A DNA stretch of 32,000 nucleotides. Source: Acaryochloris marina S15 (GTDB lineage: Bacteria; Cyanobacteriota; Cyanobacteriia; Thermosynechococcales; Thermosynechococcaceae). The notes below the pieces were generated by a model. It searched no databases, was not told where the DNA came from, and saw only the letters and a list, made by a program, of their open reading frames with translations. Positions 9,816 through 20,120 of the stretch are shown one piece after another (the stretch's first letter is position 1; every line of letters starts with the position of its first letter). The position numbers and the translations under genes were made by a program. The stretch spans positions 5,640,001 to 5,672,000 of the forward strand of contig NZ_CP064923.1 in the NCBI RefSeq assembly GCF_018336915.1, in the 5' to 3' direction.

Positions 9816-10445
9816 CTAGGAGTTAGCGCGAATATTCAGCGCTAACTCGCTAAAGAGATTAGCTAAGTTAGCTCGATCACTATCATCAGCCGAATTGAGT
9901 GCTTGCACTTCACGTTCCAACAAGGCTCTAAGCTCGGCATGCTTATCATCAAAGTTGCCGCTTAAGGATGTCAGTTTTTCTTCTAGGGTAGCAATCATTG
10001 TGGAGTGTCCCTGCTCTACATCTTCCCCTAGCTGCTCAAGCTGAGCTTCGACAGCAGATATCCCTTGTTGATACTTTTTATTAAGGTCAGATACCGCTGC
10101 AGTTTGGGAATCATGATTGTCTTGCAGCGTTTGGGTTAGAGCCTGTAAATCTTGGCGGATAGACGTTTCTAAAGATTGAAGATTCTGATGGAACTGCTCG
10201 CGAATATCTGCGCATTCGCGATTGAGCTGATTTTCTAGCTGTTGCAAGCGCTGTTCTTGTCTTTGCACCTGCTGACCGAACAGCAAATCTCTGATCTTGT
10301 TCAGAGTGTCGAAATCGACTGCTTCATTCGCAGAGGCAGCGACTAACGCATCCGTATTCACAGGCTGTTCTATTGTCGCCTGATCTTCAGAAGAGGACGT
10401 TGCCAGCGCTGTCGTTGTTTTTTCTTCAGAAATTGTCATGGCCAC
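9816..10445 (-). CDS. Acidic coiled-coil protein
   Basis: 209 aa, Q/E/L-rich heptad-like sequence (QRQEQRLQQLENQLNRE...). Same strand as, and upstream of, the GTPase operon. Confidence 0.6.
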   Translation of the reverse strand: MAMTISEEKTTTALATSSSEDQATIEQPVNTDALVAASANEAVDFDTLNKIRDLLFGQQVQRQEQRLQQLENQLNRECADIREQFHQNLQSLETSIRQDLQALTQTLQDNHDSQTAAVSDLNKKYQQGISAVEAQLEQLGEDVEQGHSTMIATLEEKLTSLSGNFDDKHAELRALLEREVQALNSADDSDRANLANLFSELALNIRANS

Positions 10446-10641
10446 ATTGCGGTAGTTTACGACTTAATTGAGCCAGTCATGTTCACGGCCTGAGCGGCGT
10501 TACTGCACTATGCACTAGACATAGATTTCCCTACATTAGCTTAGATCTTAGCATTGCTTTACAGAACATGACTGGATCCACTCACTATCTCCGCCACCAC
10601 TCTTTTATCAGCGTCGATTAGACCCTCACAATGGGGCTGGA

Positions 10642-11451
10642 TTACTCGGCTACCAGCACTAGATGATAGCGATAGAGAGCAACCGGTTGATTCAAAGCTT
10701 GAAAATAGTTTGGATCCTGAGGGGATAAGTAGATAGCCGTGACTTGATCCGCATCAATTTGGGCCGGACTCGTGTTGATGTAGCGATAGGAAGTCGTATT
10801 TTCGACTTGGTTGAGATAAATTTGGGAGCTGCTGCGAAACTCTTGCTGAAAAAGTTCGCTAGCAACCCAGGTGTCGTTCTTAGCATCGAATTCAGTGGTG
10901 CGATCGCTAATGGTCGACACTAACTGTCGCCCCTGATCAAGCACCGTCGTTTGGCGATTGGGAAAGCGAGGATCAACCTTCACCGTTTGCACAGCCCCCT
11001 CTCCTAGGTAAGCAGCGGCTAAACTCCGACCATTGAACGCTAAGTCAGCAATGACCGCAGGTTTACGAGATAACAACTCCCACGGAGAAGCATTGGCTAG
11101 CACTTTTGCCTTTAAGGGCGTCCGTTCTTCTACAAAACGCACCGCAAAGGTCACAGGCTGATCTACCAAATTCTCGTTATCGGCATAACCAGGGGTAACT
11201 AATTTGGGCGCGAGGGGCGCCGCCAGATCCACTAGGGTACTGGTGACTTGCCAATCGCCTAAAAACCAGTCGGGATAGACCAAGTCCCCAGATGCAGGCT
11301 TAAGTACCGGTTTCCCTTGCCATTCTGGAAAGGCCGCTAGCCGTTCCGTTAACGGACTAGCCAGCCCTGGTAAAGACCAGCAGCAGAGCAATAGTGCAAG
11401 ACAGATACCCCACCCTTTCACTCTGTAAGGCCGCCAATCTTTACCGTTCAC
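10642..11451 (-). CDS. Secreted hypothetical protein
   Basis: 269-aa ORF with signal-peptide-like GWGICLALLLCCWSLPGLA. It starts 11 nt after the thiC stop on the same strand. Confidence 0.65.
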   Translation of the reverse strand: MNGKDWRPYRVKGWGICLALLLCCWSLPGLASPLTERLAAFPEWQGKPVLKPASGDLVYPDWFLGDWQVTSTLVDLAAPLAPKLVTPGYADNENLVDQPVTFAVRFVEERTPLKAKVLANASPWELLSRKPAVIADLAFNGRSLAAAYLGEGAVQTVKVDPRFPNRQTTVLDQGRQLVSTISDRTTEFDAKNDTWVASELFQQEFRSSSQIYLNQVENTTSYRYINTSPAQIDADQVTAIYLSPQDPNYFQALNQPVALYRYHLVLVAE

Positions 11452-11462
11452 ATCCTTTTCTC

Positions 11463-12935
<1,473 letters not shown>

Positions 12936-13304
12936 ACACAGATCCTAGCATTGACGGGCAAGACCCATCTCTGCAATTTTGTTTAAGTTTTCCAAGAATT
13001 TGTGGAGTTTTGTCTGACTTTTAAAACGAGTCGGTTAGGGACATCAGAATTTTCTTGTCTTTGGTAGAAATATGAGAATAGTCGATGTATATCATGGCTT
13101 AATCTCCAAAATCTTCTATTAAACTTACCAGAAGCTCTTTTTTGAGAAAAAAGACTCAATTCTAAAAAAAGAGTGGCAACTCCCCAGAGAAACACAGTAG
13201 GCTGGCAAACGTAGGGCTATGCTGCCATTGCAGCGATTCCCTACCGATGGGTGACCGTTGCCCGTCAATCGGGTTGAGCCAATATTCAAAACGTTCGGAA
13301 AACA

Positions 13305-14969
13305 GTGATGAGACGACCGTACTTCAATTTCCGTCGATATAGCCGCTTGCTGAGTGTGGTGTTGTCCGTGGCTTTGCTGCAAGCTGGGCCAATGCTAGCG
13401 GCTGAGCGTATCTTTTTATCCTTTCTATTCTTAGAGCGTTCTATTCCCATTCGTGATTTGGAACTCTATGCCAAGGAAGGTCGCAAGAGCAAAGCGTTGG
13501 CCCCTTATTTGGGCTACTTTAAACCAGAGCAACAAACTCAACTGCGAGCCAGCTTACAAGAGCGCCTCCCCCTCAACGCAGTAGCCGTTGCCCAGTTTCT
13601 ATACACCCCCGTCGGTGAAGCCTTACTCAAACGCATCCAACAGGTAGTGCGGACCAAGTCTGGACAAGGCAGTTTTTTTGCCCTCCGCTCTGCTTTAATT
13701 TTGGCCGCTAAAGATCCTGAAGGATTAACGGCCCTGAGCGTTTTGCGCCATTTCCCCAATGCTGGCGTCCAAGTAGATGTCAATACGGCCCTTGAACTAC
13801 TCAATCAAGTGCAAACGGCAGTCAAAACTACTAATGCCACCGTTAACGCAGTGATTCAGCAATCTAAAGCGGATCCTCAAGCCGATAGCCTAGCAGGCTG
13901 GTCTTTATCTCAGTCGGGTCTTTACGATTGGGAGCGCATCACCTTAGAGAACTTAAAGGATGATAGTGAAAAGCGCTTGAAGTACACTGGCACGGCCCGT
14001 GACTTTGCTGCTGATCTGTATTTTCCAACCACAGCTTCAGACACCCCCTATCCGGTGCTGGTGATTTCTCATGGATTTAACTCCGACCGCACCACCTATG
14101 CTTACCTAGCACAGCATTTAGCCTCCCATGGGTATGTCATCGTCATGCCGGAACATTCTGGCAGTAACGGTCAGCAAATCGTTGACCTCCTGCAAGGGCG
14201 AGCGCAAGACGTCACCGATCCCACTGAATTCATTGATCGCCCTTTAGATGTCAGCTATCTCCTCGATCAACTGGCCCAGACATCCATTCCAGATCCACGA
14301 TTCAAAGGCAGCCTCAATTTAGAGCAGGTTGGCATTCTAGGTCATTCCTATGGGGGATATACGGGTTTCGCCCTAGCGGGAGCTACGCCTAATTACAAAC
14401 AATTACAGCAGGCTTGCCAAACCGGCTTAGAATCATCCCTCAACATTTCCCTCGCCTTGCAGTGTCAAGCCCTGCAAACAGCAGATAAAACCGTGGATTT
14501 GAAGGATTCGAGAATTCAATCCGTAGTGGCCATTAGCCCCATTGGCAGCAGTTTATTTGGAAAATCCGGCTATCAAACGATCCAGGTTCCTGTGATGATA
14601 GTGGCCGGAAGTGCAGATACAATCGCACCGGTACTACCGGAACAAATCCAACCCTTTCAGTGGTTAACGACCCCTGAAAAACAGTTGGTCTTGATTAATA
14701 ATGGCTCCCATTACTCTACGGGTAATACATCTGCCAGTTCCCCTGATGTTTTGTCTGCCTTAGGGACGGGAGATGGTCCGAGTCCATTAGGCCGCTACTA
14801 TACCAAAGCTCTGAGTACGGCGTTCTTTGGCCGCTATGTTCAGGGTCAGGAACAGTTCGCCCCGTTTCTAACTTCCAGCTATGCTGCCAATCTCAGTCGT
14901 GAACCTTTAACCTTGCATCTGACGCCCACCCTGACTTTCCCCGCAGCCCCAGCCAAGCAGGACTCTTGA
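13305..14969 (+). CDS. DUF1400 domain plus alpha/beta hydrolase (dienelactone hydrolase/PAF-acetylhydrolase-like)
   Basis: The N-terminal ERIFLSFLFLERSIPIRDLELYAKEG region is typical of cyanobacterial DUF1400. Nucleophile elbow GHSYGG. Signal-like N-terminus. GTG at 13305, ATG at 13308. Confidence 0.85.
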   Translation: MMRRPYFNFRRYSRLLSVVLSVALLQAGPMLAAERIFLSFLFLERSIPIRDLELYAKEGRKSKALAPYLGYFKPEQQTQLRASLQERLPLNAVAVAQFLYTPVGEALLKRIQQVVRTKSGQGSFFALRSALILAAKDPEGLTALSVLRHFPNAGVQVDVNTALELLNQVQTAVKTTNATVNAVIQQSKADPQADSLAGWSLSQSGLYDWERITLENLKDDSEKRLKYTGTARDFAADLYFPTTASDTPYPVLVISHGFNSDRTTYAYLAQHLASHGYVIVMPEHSGSNGQQIVDLLQGRAQDVTDPTEFIDRPLDVSYLLDQLAQTSIPDPRFKGSLNLEQVGILGHSYGGYTGFALAGATPNYKQLQQACQTGLESSLNISLALQCQALQTADKTVDLKDSRIQSVVAISPIGSSLFGKSGYQTIQVPVMIVAGSADTIAPVLPEQIQPFQWLTTPEKQLVLINNGSHYSTGNTSASSPDVLSALGTGDGPSPLGRYYTKALSTAFFGRYVQGQEQFAPFLTSSYAANLSREPLTLHLTPTLTFPAAPAKQDS

Positions 14970-15841
14970 TGCTCGGTTTTTTGAATTTGCATAAGCCCAC
15001 CGGCATGACCTCTCATGACTGTGTGGGGAAAGTTCGGCGGATCTGTGGCCTTAAGCGAGTGGGTCATGGCGGCACCCTTGATCCATTAGCAACAGGGGTT
15101 TTACCGATTGCTCTTGGCCCCGTAACCCGTCTTCTGCCCTATCTGCCAGAACAGAAAGCCTATCAAGCAACGATTCGCTTTGGTATCACCACCACAACCG
15201 ATGACTTAGCAGGAGATATTCTGTCCCAACAGGCTGCTGAACATCTCACAACAGAAGCAATTGAGGCAGCATTACCGAAGTTTCTAGGCTCCATTGAACA
15301 ACGGCCACCGGCCTACAGTGCCATTCAAGTGCAGGGTCAGCGTTTATATGATTTGGCTCGCCAAGGGAAAGATGTGACGGCTCCGCTGCGCACGGTGGAG
15401 GTGTTCGACATTCAGGTACTGGATTGGCAGGTGGGTGAACATGCGGAATTGGAGGTTGCGATCGCATGTGGTCCCGGCACCTATATTCGCTCTATTGCCA
15501 GGGATTTAGGTGAAGTTCTGGGAACCGGAGCAACCTTGTCCCAACTGACGCGAACCCTCAGTTGTGGCTTCGCCCTCCCGGACAGTTTGACCTTCGAGAC
15601 GTTAGAAGATCAGGTCCAGGCAGGAACATTTACTCCCCTTGAGCCATCTTTTTCCCTACAACAACCGATTCTTCATTTGCCTCCAGCAGAGGCTCAGCGT
15701 TTTTGCTGGGGGCAAAAACTTCCTCAAGATCGGGGCAATGGCATGATGCAGGTGCATGATACTTGCGATCATTTTTTAGGGATGGGTGAAATCATCGACG
15801 GGCTGCTCAAGCCCAAGGTCGTTTTACCCCCAGCATCATAA
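14969..15841 (+). CDS. truB: tRNA pseudouridine(55) synthase
   Basis: Catalytic block GHGGTLDPLATGVLPI and the PPAYSAIQV motif. TGATG stop/start overlap with the upstream gene (the ORF track starts at TTG 14966). Confidence 0.95.
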   Translation: MLGFLNLHKPTGMTSHDCVGKVRRICGLKRVGHGGTLDPLATGVLPIALGPVTRLLPYLPEQKAYQATIRFGITTTTDDLAGDILSQQAAEHLTTEAIEAALPKFLGSIEQRPPAYSAIQVQGQRLYDLARQGKDVTAPLRTVEVFDIQVLDWQVGEHAELEVAIACGPGTYIRSIARDLGEVLGTGATLSQLTRTLSCGFALPDSLTFETLEDQVQAGTFTPLEPSFSLQQPILHLPPAEAQRFCWGQKLPQDRGNGMMQVHDTCDHFLGMGEIIDGLLKPKVVLPPAS

Positions 15842-15926
15842 AAAAATATGCTGATGGAATCACTCTAAAAAGCAGCAATGCTATACTCTGGCCAAAATTA
15901 TCGTTTCCTCCTCTCCCACCCCCACT

Positions 15927-16706
15927 ATGCGTAGGTTCACGTCGAAATCCTCTCTCCTTAAAGGTCTAGTCTTATTTATTGGCGCCTTTTTCTGCATTCT
16001 TGCCCTTCATGTCAATGCCGTTAATAGTCAAACCGTTCACTCGGAGTTAGCCAACTTCCGACCCGTAACGGTCTGGCGGCCCGCCCATAAGACCAATTTT
16101 GGCAAACGGTACCCCAAGGATATTTATGGGCGGCCCGTGAATAATCAGCCTATTGTGGTCCTCCACGAAACGGTCAGTTCAGGAGCCTCTACCATCCGCT
16201 TCTTTCAGACGCCCCATTACAATGAATCCGAGCAAGCGAGCTACCATGACTTAGTCATTCGCAATGGCACGATTGTGCATCTCGTTTCTAGGGAGAATCG
16301 AGCATTTGGTGCAGGAAATTCTACATTTAGAGGCCCCAACGGCCCCGAAAGCGTCAAAACCCATAAGATCTATTCCGCGTCGGTCAATAATTTTGCCTAT
16401 CACATTTCCCTAGAATCCCCGCCCGATGGCCGACATAATGGCAACCGTCATAGCGGCTATACCCAAGCCCAATACAAATCCCTGGCCTATCTGGTGGCGA
16501 ATAGTCAGATTCCTACATCTCGGGTTACCACTCACAAAGGGGTCGATCGCTCCGGCAGTCGTCGAGATCCTCGAAGTTTTAATAATCGCTACTTTACAAG
16601 CCTGGTCCAACGGTTTAGCCAAATCAATCAGGCAAAATCAGTCAGTCCAAATGCTCCGGCTTTTGTGGAAGCAGAGCCACCCATACCGGGTCTAGAAGAT
16701 CGCTAG
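15927..16706 (+). CDS. N-acetylmuramoyl-L-alanine amidase (amidase_2/PGRP-like), membrane-anchored
   Basis: VVLHETVSS...ASYHDLV...NNFAYHISLE...THKGVD matches the amidase_2 Zn-ligand pattern. N-terminal hydrophobic anchor. Confidence 0.75.
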   Translation: MRRFTSKSSLLKGLVLFIGAFFCILALHVNAVNSQTVHSELANFRPVTVWRPAHKTNFGKRYPKDIYGRPVNNQPIVVLHETVSSGASTIRFFQTPHYNESEQASYHDLVIRNGTIVHLVSRENRAFGAGNSTFRGPNGPESVKTHKIYSASVNNFAYHISLESPPDGRHNGNRHSGYTQAQYKSLAYLVANSQIPTSRVTTHKGVDRSGSRRDPRSFNNRYFTSLVQRFSQINQAKSVSPNAPAFVEAEPPIPGLEDR

Positions 16707-16925
16707 AGCATGATTAAAAAACTAGAAACGCCTCTACCAGGACCATACAGAGGCTTTCTATTGTTTAGCTGACATCAGTGTCAGCTGAGGATTCTGTTGT
16801 CCTCTCAGAATTCTCATTGTTCCTTTATCCACCATTCAGCAAATTACAGGGACTCACCCAGATCGCCATCATTCCAGCTTCAGGTACTCCTCGTACATTG
16901 AAGACATTGAAGTTGGAGAACAAAC

Positions 16926-17255
16926 ATGACACGCATTCATCAAGTCGCTTTTTCAGTCGTCACAAGCTTTACCGTTCTCAGTGTTGGTGTAGCTTCCTCA
17001 GCTCTAGCTGAAACCATTACCGTCACTCGCGGTCCCAATGGCGCTTCCCACCCAGTCAAAGTAGACCGCATTCCTCAAGATGCTCAGGTCCAGCCCAACA
17101 CCCCCGCGACTTCCGTGCCAGAGGTGAGTAAGAAAGGGCCTAATGGTGCTCCTCAGATTTCTAAAATCGAGACCAGCCCAGTCGCTGCTCAATCTTCTGG
17201 CAACCTGCAAGTAGTTCAGCGCGGACCGAATGGTGCAGCCCATATTGCGAATTAG
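16926..17255 (+). CDS. Small secreted protein with three (R/K)GPNGA repeats
   Basis: GGAGAA lies 5 nt upstream of the ATG. Signal peptide ends in ...SSALA|ETI. Repeats are TRGPNGASH, KKGPNGAPQ and QRGPNGAAH. A terminator follows. Confidence 0.6.
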   Translation: MTRIHQVAFSVVTSFTVLSVGVASSALAETITVTRGPNGASHPVKVDRIPQDAQVQPNTPATSVPEVSKKGPNGAPQISKIETSPVAAQSSGNLQVVQRGPNGAAHIAN

Positions 17256-17298
17256 GCCAATTGATCCAAGCTGATACGGAAGTATTCACCACATACTG

Positions 17299-17334
17299 GA
17301 GCTGATTTTACCCCCCTATCATCAGCTCTTTTCT
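17299..17334 (+). terminator. Rho-independent terminator downstream of the GPNGA-repeat gene
   Basis: GAGCTGAT (17299-17306) pairs with ATCAGCTC (17321-17328), followed by TTTTCT. Confidence 0.6.
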
Positions 17335-17554
17335 CCGTATCAGCCTTTCGTTTTTCTCCAACAGATCCCTTACGGCTAAGGGGAATACTCCTTAGTCGTA
17401 GGCTTTTATTCTGATGGAAATGACACAGGTTTATTTTTGGAAACTTTGTAGCCATCTATGAAAGGGCAGCAGCAAGTACATTCTGTAGAACGCCCACCGC
17501 AACTCAGGGGGCTAAGAGATGGGGTTAGAGGTTGCTCAAGATAAGTTGCTCTAC

Positions 17555-19108
17555 TTACGGTAACCAGAGGGGGTGAATACCTGAGAGTAGTTTCTGCGGT
17601 TTGCCATCCCTTGAGGACACCGTGTTCTCTAGCGGCAAGGGATATAACCATACAGAACTATCGCTGACCGTTTGGCCCACAGTATCTCGAACAACACTCT
17701 GACTGGGTTTATCTGTAACCGTCACTTCTTCATAAAGCAATGCCGAACCATCCGGGGCCAGGCTAAGGCTACCGCTCGACTGTTTGGGGATAGTGATCAA
17801 GCGCTGTTTTTTGCCCGTGTCTAAATCAATAGCGGTGATGTGTAGATCAAAGCTGGCCGTTTGGCTCTGATTGAAGGTCGTGTATAGACAATAGACGGTT
17901 TGCGTACTGGGATTAATCTCTGCATCCAAGAGATACCCTCCTACCGTGAGTAATTTTTGTTCTTGGCCCTGATTGGATAATAGATAAAGCGAACGAGTGG
18001 AGTCGGGATTGTTTTGGGCCATGAGGGCTGCAGAACCATCTCTGGCAAAACTTAAAATTTGGTCAAACTTGGGCCAAAAATCAACGGGTTTGCTGTTGGC
18101 ATCCCCATAGAGTGGCACCATCGCAACGCCTTGATTCTGAGAAATAACCAAGGTTTGGCCATCTGGCGTAATTAAAAATTGACCATCTGCATTATGTTGA
18201 AGCTGACGAGGGGGGGCTGAGTCGGTTAATTCCCAAAGGCTAACGGGTTCATTTTCTTGGCGGCTAAACTGCTGAACGATGAGCACTTCTCCATTGGGAG
18301 TGATCTCAAAATCTAGGAGTTGATAGTCTTGATTTTCCAATAGGAGTTGATAGCTCGGTTGAGCTGCCGGGGATGATAAAGGGACGGTATATAGCTTTTG
18401 CTCAAATAAATCTTGGTTCGATTCATCGCGCTCGACAGCGGTAAACAAAATGCGATCGCGTTTAAGATCCGCCTTAAAATCCTGCACGGTCAAAGTCGCT
18501 GGCGTTAGGATCTGATGGGTATTTTGGGTGAGATTATGCAGCACCAGTCGACCATTTTCTTCGCCATCAATCCCGAGATACATCAAGGCGCGATCTCGGC
18601 TCCGAAACTGCCCCGTAAAGGGCTGCATTTTTACCGACTCCTCTGCAGAGCCGGGAGTCGCATCTGTCGCTTGGTCGAGGGTCACTTGAAACGATTGACC
18701 GTAAGGAGCAGGCTGGTTGAGAGTATAGGCTAATCGACGGCCAGACCAGCTGAGTTTGCCAGGAATGGAGGGCTGAATCTTCAGATTATCAGTGACCGAT
18801 TGCCAATCCATCGCTCGATTAAAGGAGAGAATAAAAGCCGTATCTTCTACCCCAATCTGCTGATCTTGCCAGCTAAACCCTCGGACCTTGGGAAAAGTAT
18901 GGTCTCCGCTCCAGATAATTCCTCCAATCAACAGGCTCAACAACAGGATAGCTACAATCGCCACTCGATCTAAGGGATGCGATTTGGACCAAACGGCTAA
19001 CCCCATCAACGGCTGTTTCAAATTATCCTCACCTGCCATAGGTTTCTCCATCCCTATCTCTACGGACTGGTTTTGGCCAGAAGGCTTTGCCAGACTAGGG
19101 TATGTCAT
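17555..19108 (-). CDS. Membrane-anchored protein with Ig-like domain and TolB-like beta-propeller region
   Basis: Long ORF to 19225, but its first 39 codons are Cys-rich and atypical. ATG at 19108 (MTYPSLAK...) is preferred; the start remains uncertain. TM helix VAIVAILLLSLLIGGIIW. Repetitive PDG/beta-strand pattern in the C-terminal 350 aa. Confidence 0.65.
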   Translation of the reverse strand: MTYPSLAKPSGQNQSVEIGMEKPMAGEDNLKQPLMGLAVWSKSHPLDRVAIVAILLLSLLIGGIIWSGDHTFPKVRGFSWQDQQIGVEDTAFILSFNRAMDWQSVTDNLKIQPSIPGKLSWSGRRLAYTLNQPAPYGQSFQVTLDQATDATPGSAEESVKMQPFTGQFRSRDRALMYLGIDGEENGRLVLHNLTQNTHQILTPATLTVQDFKADLKRDRILFTAVERDESNQDLFEQKLYTVPLSSPAAQPSYQLLLENQDYQLLDFEITPNGEVLIVQQFSRQENEPVSLWELTDSAPPRQLQHNADGQFLITPDGQTLVISQNQGVAMVPLYGDANSKPVDFWPKFDQILSFARDGSAALMAQNNPDSTRSLYLLSNQGQEQKLLTVGGYLLDAEINPSTQTVYCLYTTFNQSQTASFDLHITAIDLDTGKKQRLITIPKQSSGSLSLAPDGSALLYEEVTVTDKPSQSVVRDTVGQTVSDSSVWLYPLPLENTVSSRDGKPQKLLSGIHPLWLP

Positions 19109-19254
19109 AACATTGACATCTACGCTTCTGCAAGGGAGGCAACAGCAATGACCTGATGTTTCTGATAAGCTAGGGGCAACTTTTGGGATATATCTGCCGT
19201 CTGTAGTGAAGACCCATGAGTACACTTATTATCACTGGATTAAGGGGATAGATT

Positions 19255-19683
19255 ATGTGTGTTGGATGCTATGCCATGCCAATTATGACGTTGATATCGC
19301 CGGGGCCTGAAGCGCCACCTGCTACAGCGGTTCCCTTAATTGATTCCCCAGAAGCCAAAGTCATGCAGGTTCAACCTCAAGTCAGTGCCACTCAGGTGCG
19401 AGCTGACCTTGCAGCCATGATTGAGCGGTTGCCCGATTCTGCGGATGCAGCCATTCTGCGAGAAGAATTTACGGCTGTTTATCAACGGTTAGAAGGCATC
19501 ACCAATGTGGATGAAGCCAATACGATTGTGGGCGAGGGAATGCTGAATATTGCCGATCGCTTAGGAACGAATCCCAATGCTGATCGGGTGATCAAGATTT
19601 TGTATGAGATCCAAGAACCTGAAGCTCAAAAGCAAGCAACCCATCCTTTGCTCAAACAGTCCGCTTGGGGCTGGATCTCCTAA
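19255..19683 (+). CDS. Hypothetical protein
   Basis: 142-aa ORF with AAGGGGA upstream of the ATG. No recognisable motif. Confidence 0.45.
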   Translation: MCVGCYAMPIMTLISPGPEAPPATAVPLIDSPEAKVMQVQPQVSATQVRADLAAMIERLPDSADAAILREEFTAVYQRLEGITNVDEANTIVGEGMLNIADRLGTNPNADRVIKILYEIQEPEAQKQATHPLLKQSAWGWIS

Positions 19684-19855
19684 ACCACTCGCTAGTTTGG
19701 ATATCCAAGGCTGAAAAGCCATGCCATCCCTGGGGCATACTGATTAAAACCTGAGCGGATGCCTGCCAACTCTCTTTGGAATAGCAAGCGCACCAGGGTT
19801 ATGCCGTTTACATACTGGCTATACTGGATTAAACCTCCATCACAAGGCTTCAGGA

Positions 19856-20080
19856 ATGATCGATCAAAAAAACATTCTGACTACATTAGGGTGCTCAGGC
19901 TCTCTGTTGCTGGCTTTAGCGCTGCCCCAGCCTGCCTCGGCAACTACCAATCTCCAAGATCAGATCGAGGCTGAGCAGAGTTTTCCCACTGCAGCAATCT
20001 CCCAAAGCGATTCCATAGAGGATGCCACGGGTTGTGGTTGTGCCATCTGCCAAAGAGCGCCTATCGAAACAGGGCTGTAA
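19856..20080 (+). CDS. Small secreted peptide with C-terminal GCGCAIC motif
   Basis: 74-aa ORF. Signal-like SLLLALALPQPASA, an acidic linker, and a Cys cluster near the C-terminus. Confidence 0.4.
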   Translation: MIDQKNILTTLGCSGSLLLALALPQPASATTNLQDQIEAEQSFPTAAISQSDSIEDATGCGCAICQRAPIETGL

Positions 20081-20120
20081 ATCCAGCTATATTAGACTTT
20101 AGTTTTCCTAGAGTCACCCA

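Noticed and set aside
12983-13382. 70-aa and 85-aa minus-strand ORFs in the thiC/hydrolase intergenic region
   Set aside because: They lie in an AT-rich, low-complexity stretch bounded by inverted repeats, with no motifs. One overlaps the start of the DUF1400 hydrolase gene.
16778-17651. ORFs 16778-17011, 17004-17243, 17252-17455 and 17406-17651
   Set aside because: They overlap or lie antisense to the better-supported GPNGA-repeat gene, the terminator region, or the 3' end of the beta-propeller gene. None has start signals or motifs.
19109-19225. First 39 codons of the 556-aa ORF (MYSWVFTT...HCCCLPCRS...)
   Set aside because: The composition is atypical and would place the start 30 nt from the divergent gene. 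An internal ATG at 19108, or one further in, is more plausible. This remains uncertain.
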